A stretch of DNA of 63,497 nt, filler included, from Choristocarpus tenellus KU-1152 (taxonomy: Eukaryota > Protista > Phaeophyceae), in NCBI GenBank assembly GCA_964200185.2. It is 9 parts of 9 records of this genome, joined end to end, with 100 filler letters (N's around TTAATTAATTAA, not from the genome) between each part and the next. Parts side by side here need not be neighbours in the genome. Positions count along the whole stretch, not along the records: positions 43,383 to 52,565 come from CAXNAD020003906.1; positions 52,666 to 60,241 come from CAXNAD020005940.1; positions 60,342 to 63,497 come from CAXNAD020021902.1; 6 more parts are not named here. One strand, written 5' to 3'. Of the stretch, positions 50,823 through 63,497 are shown one piece after another. Below the pieces are notes generated by a model. That model saw only the letters and a list, made by a program, of their open reading frames with translations. It made no database searches and was not told the DNA's origin. How positions within the stretch are numbered: the first letter of the stretch is position 1; every line of letters starts with the position of its first letter. Made by a program: the position numbers and the translations under genes.

Positions 50823-51243
50823 TTGACAGTGTAAGCCCTAAAGAAATAAAACGTCATAAATGTGAACGGCACGAATCCATTTGTTACTTGACCACCATCT
50901 ATGTTGTATAAATGCCTTCCTGTGTCTCCAACCTACCTATACCTGGGCTCCGGGGGGAAGAGCTAGGGAGGCATCCCAAGAATCCAATAAACCCCTCCGT
51001 TCCCATCTTCCTGGTGATTCCAGCTTAAAACGCATGACACGTCTGACCAGTGCCACTTGCGTAGTTACCGAGACAATTTCGCGTAGCCAGGATTTAACTA
51101 CTCCTTCCCTGCTATATCCTCCCGCCCCTCTCCCCCCTACCATGCGAGCAGTTAGCTCATCCAGGAAGCATTCCGCTTGCTTGCCGAGGCGCCCAAAGTT
51201 TTCCACCGCTAAGGTGTTGAGATTATAACTATGAGGATCAAAA
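50823..51243 (-). mobile_element. CRE 3' fragment, fused tail-to-tail with 50229-50822
   Basis: ORF 50937-51281 encodes FDPHSYNLNTLAVENFGRLGKQAECFLDEL...; the UTR continues to GTAAGCCCTAAAG at ~50830. Confidence 0.88.
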
Positions 51244-52665
51244 CATTTATCAGGTATAGAGGTAAAATAACAGACAAACATACATTGTAAGAACTTCTCG
51301 TACCGAAAAATGTTGAATCTCTTCTTCCTTCAATACAATACCTTAGAACCCTCAACATAGAATGAATCAAGACACGTGAGCACAAGGTCAGAATCTATGG
51401 TTTCCCCACCAAATCTTCTTTCAAAGAAATTAATTTCATCAACATCTTCAAACGTGATGGACAATGCAGCACAGACTTATGGCACGGAGGTAGTCGTAGT
51501 AGTATCATCCCCTAACATACCCGTACAGAGATGCATCCAGCTAGGGGAACATCTAGTATTTGCTTTGGAAGATTTGCTCGTTTAGACAACACCTGCAAAA
51601 AAATGTCACTTGGGCAATTATGAAAGATCCAACTGGCAGCATTAATTTTTGTTTATCGAGGATTTGTACTTTTTTATCAACTTACTGGTTTACTGCACCT
51701 TAAATACGAGTATATGAATTTCACAAAGTATTTCTTGATACTGTTACATGTGATTATTTCTGGTATATATATAATATCAACTAGTTGAAGTGATTGCAGA
51801 TTCACAATCTGTTTTCTATAGCAGTAATAGATACTATGTCGTAGCTCAGAGTTTCGACAGCGCTTTTCCCAGATTACTTCTCAAAGCAAGTGTATGTGAT
51901 CCCTCCTATTAGCCTGGGGACACTGAAAGTACAACGATTTAGCTTTGTGCGAAAAACGAGAGAGAAAAGGTGGTGATTGCCGCTGCTGGTGGTATATTCC
52001 CTCTGAGTACACCAAGTGCTCGGCCATGCCCCACGCCGATCAACATCCTGGTCAGAAATGCGTTTTTGTGAATCTGTATGTTTTGGGTGGCTCTAGAGTT
52101 ACCCCTTCCACATATGGCTTACAAAAACAATGGAGAATAACCTTTCACAGTCATGAGGATAATGTTGACACCCTGGTCGTGTCACATACACTTTGACTGA
52201 ACAGCCTCTAACCAAAATTGAGGATGCGGCATACATAACTATGGAGGATGGGTTTGACCCAAAAAGGTGCGCGGAAAGTGTCCATATGTTTTTTTCTTGT
52301 AAATGTCGCGGCACTTTTTAAGGGCCCTGCTCCGAATGGGATATATTTTTGTTCAGAAATATTCTGGTGCTTGTGGAGGGCACCGCTACGATTTGGAAGC
52401 GACCTCGACCAAGCCAACCCCCGGGGGGGAGCCGGTAACAGTATTGGCATGCTTATATGTATGGTACACTACATATTGTATTATACAATACATACATAAT
52501 ACATACGTCTTCTTCCACTAGTTATAAATATATATTAAAGGGTGATGTGGCTTGTACAAGAAAGGNNNNNNNNNNNNNNNNNNNNNNNNNNNNNNNNNNN
52601 NNNNNNNNNTTAATTAATTAANNNNNNNNNNNNNNNNNNNNNNNNNNNNNNNNNNNNNNNNNNNN

Positions 52666-53006
52666 CAGGGACCATCACGAGGGCGTGCCGCACTGAAAGT
52701 GCAACCCTGGTATTCAGGGACACTTAGGCACCCTTCCTATGCGGGGGGAGTCGGCAGGGGGGTTGCCATGGCGTCGTTCTAACCCTCGACATGCCCAGTT
52801 CTGGCCTCAAAATCACCCCAAGAGACTCCCTACTTTGACGGCTTGAAGCACCTCGAGTTTGTAGCTGATGTTCCTCAACCCCCACCTTTTCTGAAAGCTG
52901 AGATTGTCAACCCGATTTCATTCTGTGGGGTTATCGTCCGATTCAGCGACATTATCGCTTGGCGAGCCCAAATGTTTCGCGGCACAAACTTATGGCACAG
53001 AGGTGG
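52666..53006 (+). mobile_element. End of a Tc1/mariner (Stowaway-like TIR) element, inserted at TA inside a family-A MITE
   Basis: Ends GCACAAACTTATGGCACAGAGGTGG-TA and is followed by half a MITE A. A near-identical inverted copy lies at 59993-60241. Confidence 0.65.
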
Positions 53007-53939
53007 TATACATTTTAACTACTCCGAAACATGTTGGAGTAGGAAGGTGTCATAAAAAACCCGTGGGGAGTCAAGCCCCAATTGAACAAAATGTGCAAAA
53101 CTAGTTCCCTCTAAGATACTTTGACTCAGCGTGAATTGTATAACCTCCAGAATACCAAAAAAGATCAACGCAGCCAAAACATAATTTGGAATATATAGTA
53201 CGTGCTCCAGAGTATGAATTTTTGGATAGGACTTCGTAGTTTGAGTTTGAGAAATATATGACCACAAAAACATTTGCATTGGTTTACTTGATAGTGTTTT
53301 TGAATGAGGAGAACGAAAATGCCTCTTACTGGAACTATTCAATATATGTACTACCTTGAGCAATTCGTCTCTCTAATATTTTCTTCAACAAAAGAAATAA
53401 TACAAATCATATATTGATATGTTAACGCGAGTCAATGAACATCTCACCCCAAAATAGTGCTTTTAAAAAGAATGGTGTGGTTGAAATAACAATCAGGTAA
53501 CATTTTTCCCAGTTTTGGAATTCGAATATCCAGTCAAGGACGAATATCCAACGCCCAACCTACATTCTTCCCTCTCGTCTCTGTTTTTCCTGTTATTTCA
53601 TGATATGGAACTTGGAACTTTGAAGATTGGGGTTACCATACCGTTCATCGAATGCAGTTGTAGCGCCACCTTCATCCCCACAACACTTCGTAGTAGTAAT
53701 AGGAGAAAATATGCAACACGACCATGATCTATTATTATTTATTTCTACATTGATTCGTATACTTCTTTGGAACTGTTTTTTTTTTTTAACAGTTTGCTCA
53801 TCATAGAACATCTACTAATTAAGTATTTGTCTAATTTTTGTCCTTGTTGTCTAACAAGGTCCTTTATTGCGATGAACAATACGATGCTAACGGTGTACGT
53901 TACGTGATAGCAAAATGTTAAATAGAAAAATGTCTTTCA

Positions 53940-54035
53940 CATTTATGACAACTCTTTACTTTTTTAGGGGTTGTTATATGTTAATGGTTTTTCATTGGTT
54001 TTTCCCCTGTCACATCTCCAAAATGTCAGTGTACA
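53940..54035 (+). mobile_element. Short CRE 3' terminus; similar termini at ~14715-14755 (+), 32171-32225 (-), 55530-55580 (-) and 59915-59960 (-)
   Basis: TTTTCATTGGTTTTTCCCCTGTCACATCTCCAAAATGTCAG matches the CRE 3' end. Confidence 0.7.
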
Positions 54036-57000
54036 CAATAACGGGATTTTTGTGAGAGTCATCTTCCACAGAAGGTATGTATCCTGAAGGTAACCTATCT
54101 TGAAGATTCTGATATTCAGATGAATTTGTTTTTGCATATTGAAGGTAACATCTGCTTGAAGTAAGATCGGGTGGTTTGGAGTGACCTTGCCAACCCCCCC
54201 CTCATTCAGTTACCACTGGGGCACTCCTTTCTTGAGTGTTCTTCTGAGGGATTGCTCTCCCTCTTGACTTTTCTCTCTTTTTGACCTTGCCTCCTGCCTC
54301 CTGTGGGTCTTCCCGCTCCCCTTCATTACGAAGGACCTGTCGGCTTCTTTCCATCTGTTTCACAGTGGCGACGACGGCAATCGTTCTGAAGTAAGAGAGT
54401 ACTTTTATAGTACTTTGAGGGAAACTCTGAGTATATTGCGTATACTTTGAGCACCAAATATGCCACATCATTCTGATTGGCATATATTTCGATCAAGGAT
54501 AAGAGAGAGTACGTTCCAGACTACCAAAAATCGTTTTCAGAGCTTCATGGCGGAAGAATAAAACGAAAACGAACAAGATGAACATCTATTGTCGCCCTTT
54601 CATGACCAAGACCCCTTATCTTTTGATGAGGTTATCCTAGAGGATTGGAGGAAACTTCTGGTTCATAAATCATCTCGGATCTTTGTAGACTCAGATTTCC
54701 GAGTGGTTGATCAGCAGGTGGTTCAACAATTGATGTCTGCAGATAATCACCCGCTTAGTCAATCCCCCTCACCATCAACCCGGCCTGTTACTCAGACTGC
54801 ACACGTACCCCACACAAATAACAGACGATTTCAAAATTTGAGGATGGAGCTTTTCATTGAGGATGGGCTTGACGCAATATTGACTGGGATAAAGTGTCGA
54901 TATAGTTTTTTCTGGTATTGTCAACAAGGTCCACGGTTCAAAGGTTGTGCATGGCAACCTAAACTATTAAATGCCAAGGGTTTGGTGATATATACATAAA
55001 CATTTTGTAATACACCAAGTATTTTGATCTCTCCAAAAAAATTGGGAAGTACATGTGTATTTCATATACCTTGATGTATCACCTGGGTTTCAGAGTGCAT
55101 GCCAGTGTCATATTGACAGTTTATCCAGTAATACAATACTACTAAGGCAACAAGTTGAAGATCCAAGATTTATCCAATTCAGGTCCCATGTTGTATTCTT
55201 GCATTCTTGTGGTCAGTGTACCGACCGGACGCTATGGTTACAGTAACTGCAATCTTGACACAGTACACCACGATACAGTTGAGAAATTCTGACAGTTCCG
55301 CAAGAATTTTCAATTTCTCTACAGTGGCCAATGTTCGGTTGTAGATTTCCCATGGCAGGGTAGCAGTATAGATAGACCAACCATCAACATTTTACCCAAA
55401 CACACCCGTAACTGTGAAATAAACATCATTTATTTTGTGTTTTTGTGGTTTTAACAACCCTGTACAGCCCTGATCTTTAAGTAATGATGACCATATCATA
55501 TCATGTATATAGTATAGATTTTTATTTTTAGACATTTTGAAGATGCCCTAGGCAAAAAACTATTGAAAACTATTGACATCTGTAGTGTAGATAGTTGAAC
55601 GGTACCAATATACCTCAAACACCAAAATCCAAAACGTCATACCACAATTGATTCTAAGAAGAACTCAGTATCAACAGACACATGTTTTGCGTTTGAAACC
55701 TATCTATTTCCAGTTTGTTTTCATGAGAAACAATATTAGGGGAAAAGAACCTTGGACGTTGGTTGATCGACCTTCATAGGGTCATTCGAACTCTAAAACT
55801 TCGAAACGTTTGGCTGACAGTTCCCAACTGTTGCTGTTACAACCACACCAACGGTATTTTGGGATGACGAGATCCTTGCTGAGTGGCTGCATCCATGACC
55901 TCGACGTCGAGTCACACTTTCGAGTTTCCACCTCCTTCACTACCATCACCTTGTTCTCACCCACGATCTCCGTCATCACCTTGAAGCACCTTGAGGGACC
56001 GGTGCCTTTAGAAACACATTGACTCAAATTGTCAACGAAACATAGGCACAAAGGTTGCGATCGACATGGTACTACCCGAAGATGAGGAAGCTACACCGCA
56101 AATGGTGAGTGGGAGTCAATCATCAATAGAAATGAAAGGATCAAGTATGCATGAAAGTCTGGGGCTGTGGGGTATGCTTGTTTTCTAGTAAGTCGCTCTA
56201 GTGGGCGCCGCGAGCAGCAGCATGGGAAATATAGTAGGAAAACTAGACGTAGTGACTCCCCCACGCATGCTACCTAGTGAAGTCAACTAAGAGAATGACG
56301 TTCCATTCTGTTCCACTACTCGATGTATATGTGTGTCAGCTTGTTCAACTCATATTACCAGGGAAGAGCGACTCCGATTTGTTTTGGGCCGAAAGAAGGA
56401 CAGGAAGTTTGTCTCCAGACGTCAAGTGGGGCAATGAGAGCGAGGAGGAATGGCCCATGCCAGAAGACTTCGTCGACATGCTTAGGCATCCTGGTGTGCC
56501 GTCCATCGACAGCGTTGCTGACCTCAAGAAACTCGTTGGGGCTGCGCCTCGAGGATGGACAAGTGACTTCCGGAAGGCCGGTGGAAGGTGAACCAAGTTT
56601 GCAACTGCACATCGTTTTGTCTCTTTAGTGACCATGAATCTGGCTGCACAACCGTATTTACTTCTGAGAGACGGTTAGTGAAAAATAAAACGTTCATCTT
56701 GGTCCCCAAGCAAGAAGTGAGTCTTCTGTTGGTTGGATGTTGGTCAAGGCCGTAACACTCTCCTTTCACTATCCCAGTTTTAACCTCGGATGAAAGGTCT
56801 ACTGACAGATCGTTGTGCCTCTGGTTCAGATTAATAGCATCGTAATGCTGCAATTCGCAAGGGGTTCCACTCCAAAACATGGACCTATACTCATCATCAA
56901 AACTGTAAGCCCCTCAGCATAGGAAGATGGGGAACTACAGTTTTCTCCCACCCTCTCTACAATACTAACTTGTAGTTCAACGCATTTGTTACCGTGATAC

Positions 57001-59199
57001 ACTCACTTGGATCAAACCACACATACCCCACCCACCATTCATTCCAGTGAAGTCTAATATCGAAATCTTTGTACAATAACCTGTCCTTACTGCGATATGT
57101 AGGGAATACGTGAGCAGAAAGCTCACAGAGATCGAGAACCTGGAGTGCACGATGAGGGGATGGCGTCGACTCCTCAAGCGGAAATCTACTCAGATGCATA
57201 CTGAGACTCGGGAAGAGCTTCTGAGAGTTCTCCTGTACATACACCTCTTATAGCAGAACTCTGATCGTTCGCGTTTAGCTACCCCTGCGTCGGGGCGTCG
57301 GTAACTTTACATGAGCAAATCTTTGCTTTTGGCTCTGGAGGCTCAGGTCGTCCACGCTTCTAGACATGTTTAGGCTTCAGTCCCCAGCCGTTTAAGTTGT
57401 GGAGACGGAGCGAGCGAACCGCTTCATGTTTTTGCGTTTTCGGCCTACGGTGCTGGTGCCAACATGGCCAGAAGTGTGCGCTCTGCACACAGGATTGGGT
57501 CGTGTTATAGATAGACTAGAGAATAGTTGTGGACTTGGGGTGATACTGTGATCATGAGACTTTGGTACATTCGGAAGAGTTCATAAACAACAACAGAATG
57601 GGACAACAACAGTGGTCATTCACTGTATTTAGAGGTGGGTGTGGGGGTGCACTACTACACAAAGCAATCTACCAGTGTACAATCAGAGTAATGTGTAGGA
57701 AGTACTGCACATCCTTAGTGGGTCTCTGACTGAATAGTGCAATCCAATATTGGAGACCCTACTACATGTACTCAAGTCGGCTCTAAGAAGAAGACATAGT
57801 TTGGACAACCAACAATCTTCTATTTTCGCCACAATACTCCGGATTAGTAGTATTCAATACTCTGGAGTAGTTGATTGTATTTTATGAGGTGTTTCACTAG
57901 ACGAGCTCACTAAACTACCAGTATCCTATACCCATGAGTCCTATTTCCTTCTGTGTGTGATATGTGATGAATCTGTGTGTGATATGTGATAATGGTTTTC
58001 GAATTCGATGGAATGGGTGTGAAGTCGATATTTTTTCTTCGTTTCCCCTTTCCCATAGTACCTGGTGAGGTTGACGATGTTGAATAACGTCCTTACTCTT
58101 CGGGTCGTATTAATAGTATTGGTACGTTATGCCCGGGTCTTCTTGTCTGCCCTTCTTGGCTACATGGAGATGTTCTGCCTTTCTTCTACAGAGTACATTT
58201 CTATTTCTTTCTATTTTCTTGTGTAAGTATTATGTGTTTTCTTGAGTTCTTATTTGCAGTTTTTTCTTCACATTTTCACCATTCGTTTGGACCGGTCAGT
58301 ATGTCTAATGTCTCATGTGAATATAATACTACTAATCATATCCTGTATGTTAAGTCCTTTGATGAGATCGTGTTCTCTTTTCCTTCCTTGCAATACTTTG
58401 TATAGCAAGCACGTCTTATTGTGTACAGAAAATACCTCCTGATACACCAACGATAGTTGAAGTGTATTTAAAACAAGAAACCTACCACACAAATATTGAC
58501 CCAAAGTATCTGGGGGGGGGAGGGGGTCTACACCAAAGTGTCCATTAGGACCAAAACCAAGAAAAATGCGCTTTCATTATTCATCCAACGTACGGAACCA
58601 TATCACCCAATAATCGCGACATGAAAAAATTGGTCCCAATTGGACAGCCGCCACCACCCCCCAGATACTCTGAGCCATTGTTACAAAACGCTCACAAGGT
58701 TGCCATGATCGGGCATGTAGCTCCAATCCACAAGCCTATTGGTGGATGAAAAAGCCGTAGAGGGAGTCTTAATGGATAATATATCATCAAATATGCTGGA
58801 TCGCTCACTTTGACCGCTCGCTTTGTTGACTTGATTGGGGGATAGAGAAAGGAATGAACAAACACGTTGAGTCTATGTATTGTCTTATAATGACTAAAAA
58901 TAAATGTCAAGACACACAGCAAATGAAATCTAGGATTTCAAGGTCGTAGTGGCGTTTATGAAGTCACTATTATAACCCATCGATGTGACAATATAGCAAT
59001 AACTCCTAAACTTGTCCAATAATCAGGCGGTCTATAAGCAAGGGAAGAGTTCTATGAGTCTGGCAAGTCTCATGTGGCCCACGGGCCGGTGCCTCTAGTT
59101 TGAAGTGCCCCACACACCTTGAGATCCCCACTTTTGCTATATCTGACAGAATCTATTGCAGGCCTACCTTAACGTCTCCCTACTAAATATCACAGACCC

Positions 59200-59460
59200 C
59201 TGCCATCCGCTAAATGATTCGCTAGCTCATCCAGAGGAAGTGCTCTGGTTGTGTTTCTAGATTCCCAAAGCTTTTTCCACTTCAAAAGTGTTCAGTGAGA
59301 TTGAAACACGAGGACCAAGATATACCTTCTATTGATTGTTCTTTCGGGCCTCAGCTGCAGCAGGAGCAATGCCATTGTTTTTATAGACGGGTTTTGTAGG
59401 TAGTAGTCCAATTGAACCTCTACAAAGTCCACATCGAGCAGTAGTTGTGTTAGCAGTGTG
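59200..59460 (-). mobile_element. Diverged CRE RLE-region fragment
   Basis: Minus strand reads LLDVDF..., APAAAEARK, GNL...FLWMS, collinear with the other CRE copies. Confidence 0.5.
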
Positions 59461-59992
59461 AAATTATGTCTGACAACGGATTGAGGCTAGGTAGGATCGA
59501 GGTAGTGGTTCCTAGCTCCTGACTAGAGTTGAGACGGTAACAGCAATATTACACAATTAACAGTGGTTGTTACAAGTATATTGCTATATTACACTTAGAT
59601 CCCAAGCATTTAAGAGGGTAGGCTTGCGTCCGTTTGGAGTCATAAATCCAATGCAGCCATTTTGATTCATTTTGGCTATCCTGTTTGTTAGCAAGTGATA
59701 TCCTTGATCCAGACACACCTTTCATAGTCGTATACGTTTTAGGTAACTGTGTTCACATATACAACCGAAAAAGAGTAAAAAATAATCGTGGGAAATCAAG
59801 CCCCGAACGGAGGGCAAAACTCCTACCCTCTTAAATGCTTTGACTCCCATATTGATCGTAAGTACTTAGTACTACGTAAAAGTAAAAAGAAGTGCTACGT
59901 ATTAATACACACTATTATCACGCCCTCTGACAATTTGGAGATGTACGTGTCAGGGAAACCCGAACTATAAATCACAAGGGCTTGTGTAAATT

Positions 59993-60241
59993 CTACGTCT
60001 GTGCCATAAGTTTGTGCCGTGAAACATCTGGGCTCGCCAAGCGAGAATGTCGCCGAATCGGACGATAACCCCACAGAATGAAATCGGGTTGACAATCTCA
60101 GCTTTCAGAAAAGGTGGGGGTTGAGGAACATCAGCTACAAACTCGAGGTGCTTCGAGCCGTCAAAGTAGGGGGTCTCTTGGGGTGATTTTGAGGCCAGAA
60201 CTGGGCATGTCGAGGGTTAGAACGATGCCATGGCAACCCCC
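59993..60241 (-). mobile_element. Second copy of the same mariner-like end; a related terminus type lies at 21649-21745 and ~51375-51493
   Basis: Reverse complement of ~52758-53006. All four ends share CTAC(C/G)TC.GTGCCATAAGT.TGTGC.G, and 21649 is preceded by TA. Confidence 0.65.
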
Positions 60242-60699
60242 NNNNNNNNNNNNNNNNNNNNNNNNNNNNNNNNNNNNNNNNNNNNTTAATTAATTAANNN
60301 NNNNNNNNNNNNNNNNNNNNNNNNNNNNNNNNNNNNNNNNNGGGGGGGGAAGGGGGGGGGGGGGTGGCGAGAAAGCGGGGGGGAGGGGGGTTCGCGCTGG
60401 TTGGTCATCAAATGTGGGGGATGGCTGGAAATCAGTGACGAAGGGCATTCGCACTGGCTGGTCATCAAATGGGGAGGGTGACTGGAAATCAGGGGCGAAT
60501 GGGTAACACTGGTTGGTCACCTCATGGGGGAGTAAATAGGAAACCAGCGGCGAAGGGGTCGCAAGGGGCTGCTGGTCAGAGGAAGGAATACATGGGAAAG
60601 GAAAGGAATGGAGAATAGGGGAATGGCAAATAAGGAATGAGCTAATAGTAATAATCCATCATTCGTGAGCAAAACAAACTAAAATTAGTACAACAGTGC

Positions 60700-61011
60700 T
60701 TCCTTAAATGTAGACAAGTACAAAGCAATGTGTACATTCCCTCAAGCATTTTGCACGTATGTCTGAGAAAAGACAAACCTACATCACAAGGACCCTTCAA
60801 AACTGTAGAAGTAATAGTTGTCGTTAATGCAATAGATATCCTCTATCATACAATATTTCCTTAAACGTTGACAAATACAAAGCACCCGCGTACATTCCCT
60901 TATAATCATTTTACAGTTGTGTCCGGAAAAAACGAACCTACATCATAGGGACCATGAAAAAAAACAGTAGCAGCGGTAGTTAGTAGTTGTCGTTAATGCA
61001 ATAGATACTCT
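60700..61011 (+). repeat. Diverged tandem duplication, two units of ~157 bp
   Basis: TTCCTTAAA.GT.GACAA.TACAAAGCA...TACATTCCCT...AACCTACATCA...TAGTTGTCGTTAATGCAATAGATA occurs twice. Confidence 0.85.
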
Positions 61012-61989
61012 AATAGTTATTTCGCCCCCACACTATTTTTATTATCACGCTCTTTCACGTTTTGTATGTGTGAGGAAAAACCCAAACCAATATGACAAAT
61101 ACACCACTACTAAGAGAAATAGAACAATTCTTAATATTGTTACCAGTGTGGTCAACACCAAGAAGTCGGTGGTGGTACATTTCCTGTTGACTGTACTGAC
61201 TGTTCGTAGTAATAGACCTTCTCTCACTAGGTTAGGAGGTCAGATTATAGGATACTTCACTTCCATCACGATGTTAAGTGTATTGGGGAGGTACACCTCT
61301 GTGTCTTTCTTATTATTACTATTGATACTATTATATTTGCTATTGATTATAATATTCTACTTCCTCAGGATTTAAATGTAACATAATTTTTGTAAACTCC
61401 GTTCTCGCCTGGAAAAGATCCACGTGATAAACCCTCTGGACGAGCCATATTTCTCATATAGATTGAGAGGCGTGCAAAGTTTGAGATTGTGATCTGTCAT
61501 GACTGTAAAGGATCACCAGTGCAAAGCGAACCAAGTAACATTTGATAGGGTTCAAAAACCTCGTGAAATTGGCAAAGCAGATGTATATTGGGATGCCTAG
61601 GACAGAGCCCCCCAGGGGCTCACTCATCCTGTCGCCATCCAATGGTCCCGATTCTTCGCCCCAGAAGTCTGTCCGGGGTGAGGGCTCAAACACCTCAACA
61701 AAGAACAGCGTGGCGGAGCAATGCCTAGAGGTGAGGGAGTGCGAGACTCGGTGCCTTGGGGGATGGCGGCAGCCATTGCAGAGGACTTTGGAATTTCCCC
61801 AATCATTCGTGTTCTGTCATCTGAAGGAGGCAGACAGCGATGGTGATGGTGGTGGTGACTTGGGCGACCTTAGATGCTGCTTTTGATGCAATGTACATTA
61901 GCTATCAGAGCTTCCTTGGAATGTCATTTCTGTTATGAACCTTGTTCTGCAGTTAGCTACGTACTCATACCCCCTATTGGTTAATGATC

Positions 61990-62710
61990 TTCGTGCTCTA
62001 ACCCCCAACTTCAATCCCAAAGTTGTCAAGGTCATTTTGGAGATATGTCCACGAGTTGTTGACCAATTCTTCTCCTGACCACTTTCTTTCCATTTTCATT
62101 AAGAAGCTCCCCAGACATCAAAATCTAAAATCTATACACCCAGTCTTCACAAGAGTATTATTGTAGGAGAGGATATAGGTTCAGTTTCCAGAAATCTATG
62201 CAGTTCAAGAGGGAGTTGTCATGATGTGATGGAGCTTCAGACAATGAGTCTGGCAGAGTGTCCATGCCATACAACCATATAGCAGAACTTCAACTACTTC
62301 AGCTTTGAACATTCGAACACTAACCTCAAGTGAGACACTAAGGGTCCTGTCATAAAGAACTTGACTGTATTTGCAAAACTAACTCTAAGCTTTCTGAATC
62401 CTCCAGGTGATCTCAGCCTCAATAACGACATTGTCACAGATGGTTCCCCCAAAGTAGACAACCTTATCGGCCATGTCATAGGTCTGGTCCAATGCCTGAA
62501 TCTGCATGGTTTCAGCATCCTTCGATTAGGAGGGAGAAGATATATAGTCTCTGTCTTCAATATTGATTCTGTCAGACCGAATGATCTGGCCACCTTCACA
62601 AGCACCGTCATCATCCTGACCAAACCTCCTTGGCTACTATTAGAGACAATACCCTCATCATCAGCACAAAGCATACCACACAAAAGTCGCTCAATTGTTC
62701 TTATCTTGCA
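61990..62710 (-). mobile_element. RTE-clade LINE reverse transcriptase remnant
   Basis: MLCADDEGIVS..GLVRMMTVLVKVARSFGLT..KTET and RMFKAEVVEVLLYGCMAWTL, typical of brown-algal RTE RT domain 5 to thumb. Confidence 0.85.
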
Positions 62711-63497
62711 CTAAACGACAAAAGGGAACGTGGAAGGCGGAAGATCTGGACCATGGTGAAGGAGGTTAATTGTTGGGGGAGGGTGTGCACTAGATTCAAG
62801 GGAGGAGAGGGGACGACGAGGGGTGGGACTGCTGAACCCAACGCGTACAAGAAAAACAAGGAACGCATGGGGCAGTACAATTGGTTGAAGTGCAACAGAT
62901 TGATCGTTGGATAGAATTAGTCTTGCGAATTGCAGCAATCATATCTGTCCGAATAGATCAAGTCCCAGTTAATTGAAACCGAAAATCTTAGGACCAATTT
63001 TTCGTCTTTTTTTATTCTTCCTCGAACCGTTGGAGGAGAGGAGGACACAGCCACAAAAACAACCACACAAGTACATCCATAACGCAAACCCTGTCCCCTT
63101 TCCTTTCTCGTTTAATGTTATGTCAAGGTCACCAACTACATTATATCATTTGTCGTTTTTAGCTGCTTCTCTGTTTTATACAGTACCTATCTAATCTTCA
63201 GCTTTTCTTCCCGATCTCCCATCTCCCCTCATCTTAACTTGTTCTTTTGCTATACTCAGGTGATCTGACAGTAAAAAGTTAATGGAGCCCAACGTGGAAG
63301 TACAGAGAAGACTCGTGCGAGTGAGACATGTGACCCAAAGTATCTGGGGCGGGGGTGTCGAGTGTCCATTTGGGGTCAATGTTTGTTACGCGATTTTTGG
63401 GTGATTTGCATACGTCAGATGGATAACTAAAATGTACTTTTCCTGATTTTGGTCGAAATGGACACCCTGGTGTAGATCCCACCCCCCCCCCCCCCGC

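Noticed and set aside
57500-58260. Possible solo LTRs (also 7990-8470, 12035-12440, 61045-61330)
   Set aside because: The composition is LTR-like, but no paired copy, TSD or convincing PBS could be fixed by eye.

Overview
This is repeat-rich eukaryotic nuclear DNA, most likely from a brown alga or close stramenopile relative. That inference rests on short GT-AG exons in long introns, TTAGGG motifs and Ectocarpus-like RTE LINE remnants. The window is nine sequence blocks separated by eight identical 100-bp N44-TTAATTAATTAA-N44 linkers, so adjacency across linkers is unproven. Five spliced host genes can be reconstructed by eye: the 3' part of eIF2-gamma (4 exons, minus), a complete 4-exon 257-aa Spherulin-4/GH135-like glycoside hydrolase with an N-myristoylation motif, a partial DUF4476-like/LRR-associated protein, the last exon of an AlkB-family dioxygenase, and the 3' part of a CRAL-TRIO/Sec14 protein whose introns are full of short telomeric arrays. 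There is one well-folding tRNA-Gly(TCC) with an unusual A1:U72 pair, and a CCA-bearing tRNA-Ile(GAT) 3' fragment between 13-bp direct repeats. The rest is mostly transposon-derived: a Copia remnant, RTE and L1-like LINE remnants, a CRE-clade (restriction-like endonuclease) retrotransposon with about 11 further 3' fragments, four related MITE families with 4-bp TSDs (Sola2-like), and Stowaway/mariner-like ends. The most interesting system is the CRE family: it stacks head-to-tail and tail-to-tail at a (TAA)-type motif and is twice fused to the same ~400-bp SINE-like repeat.
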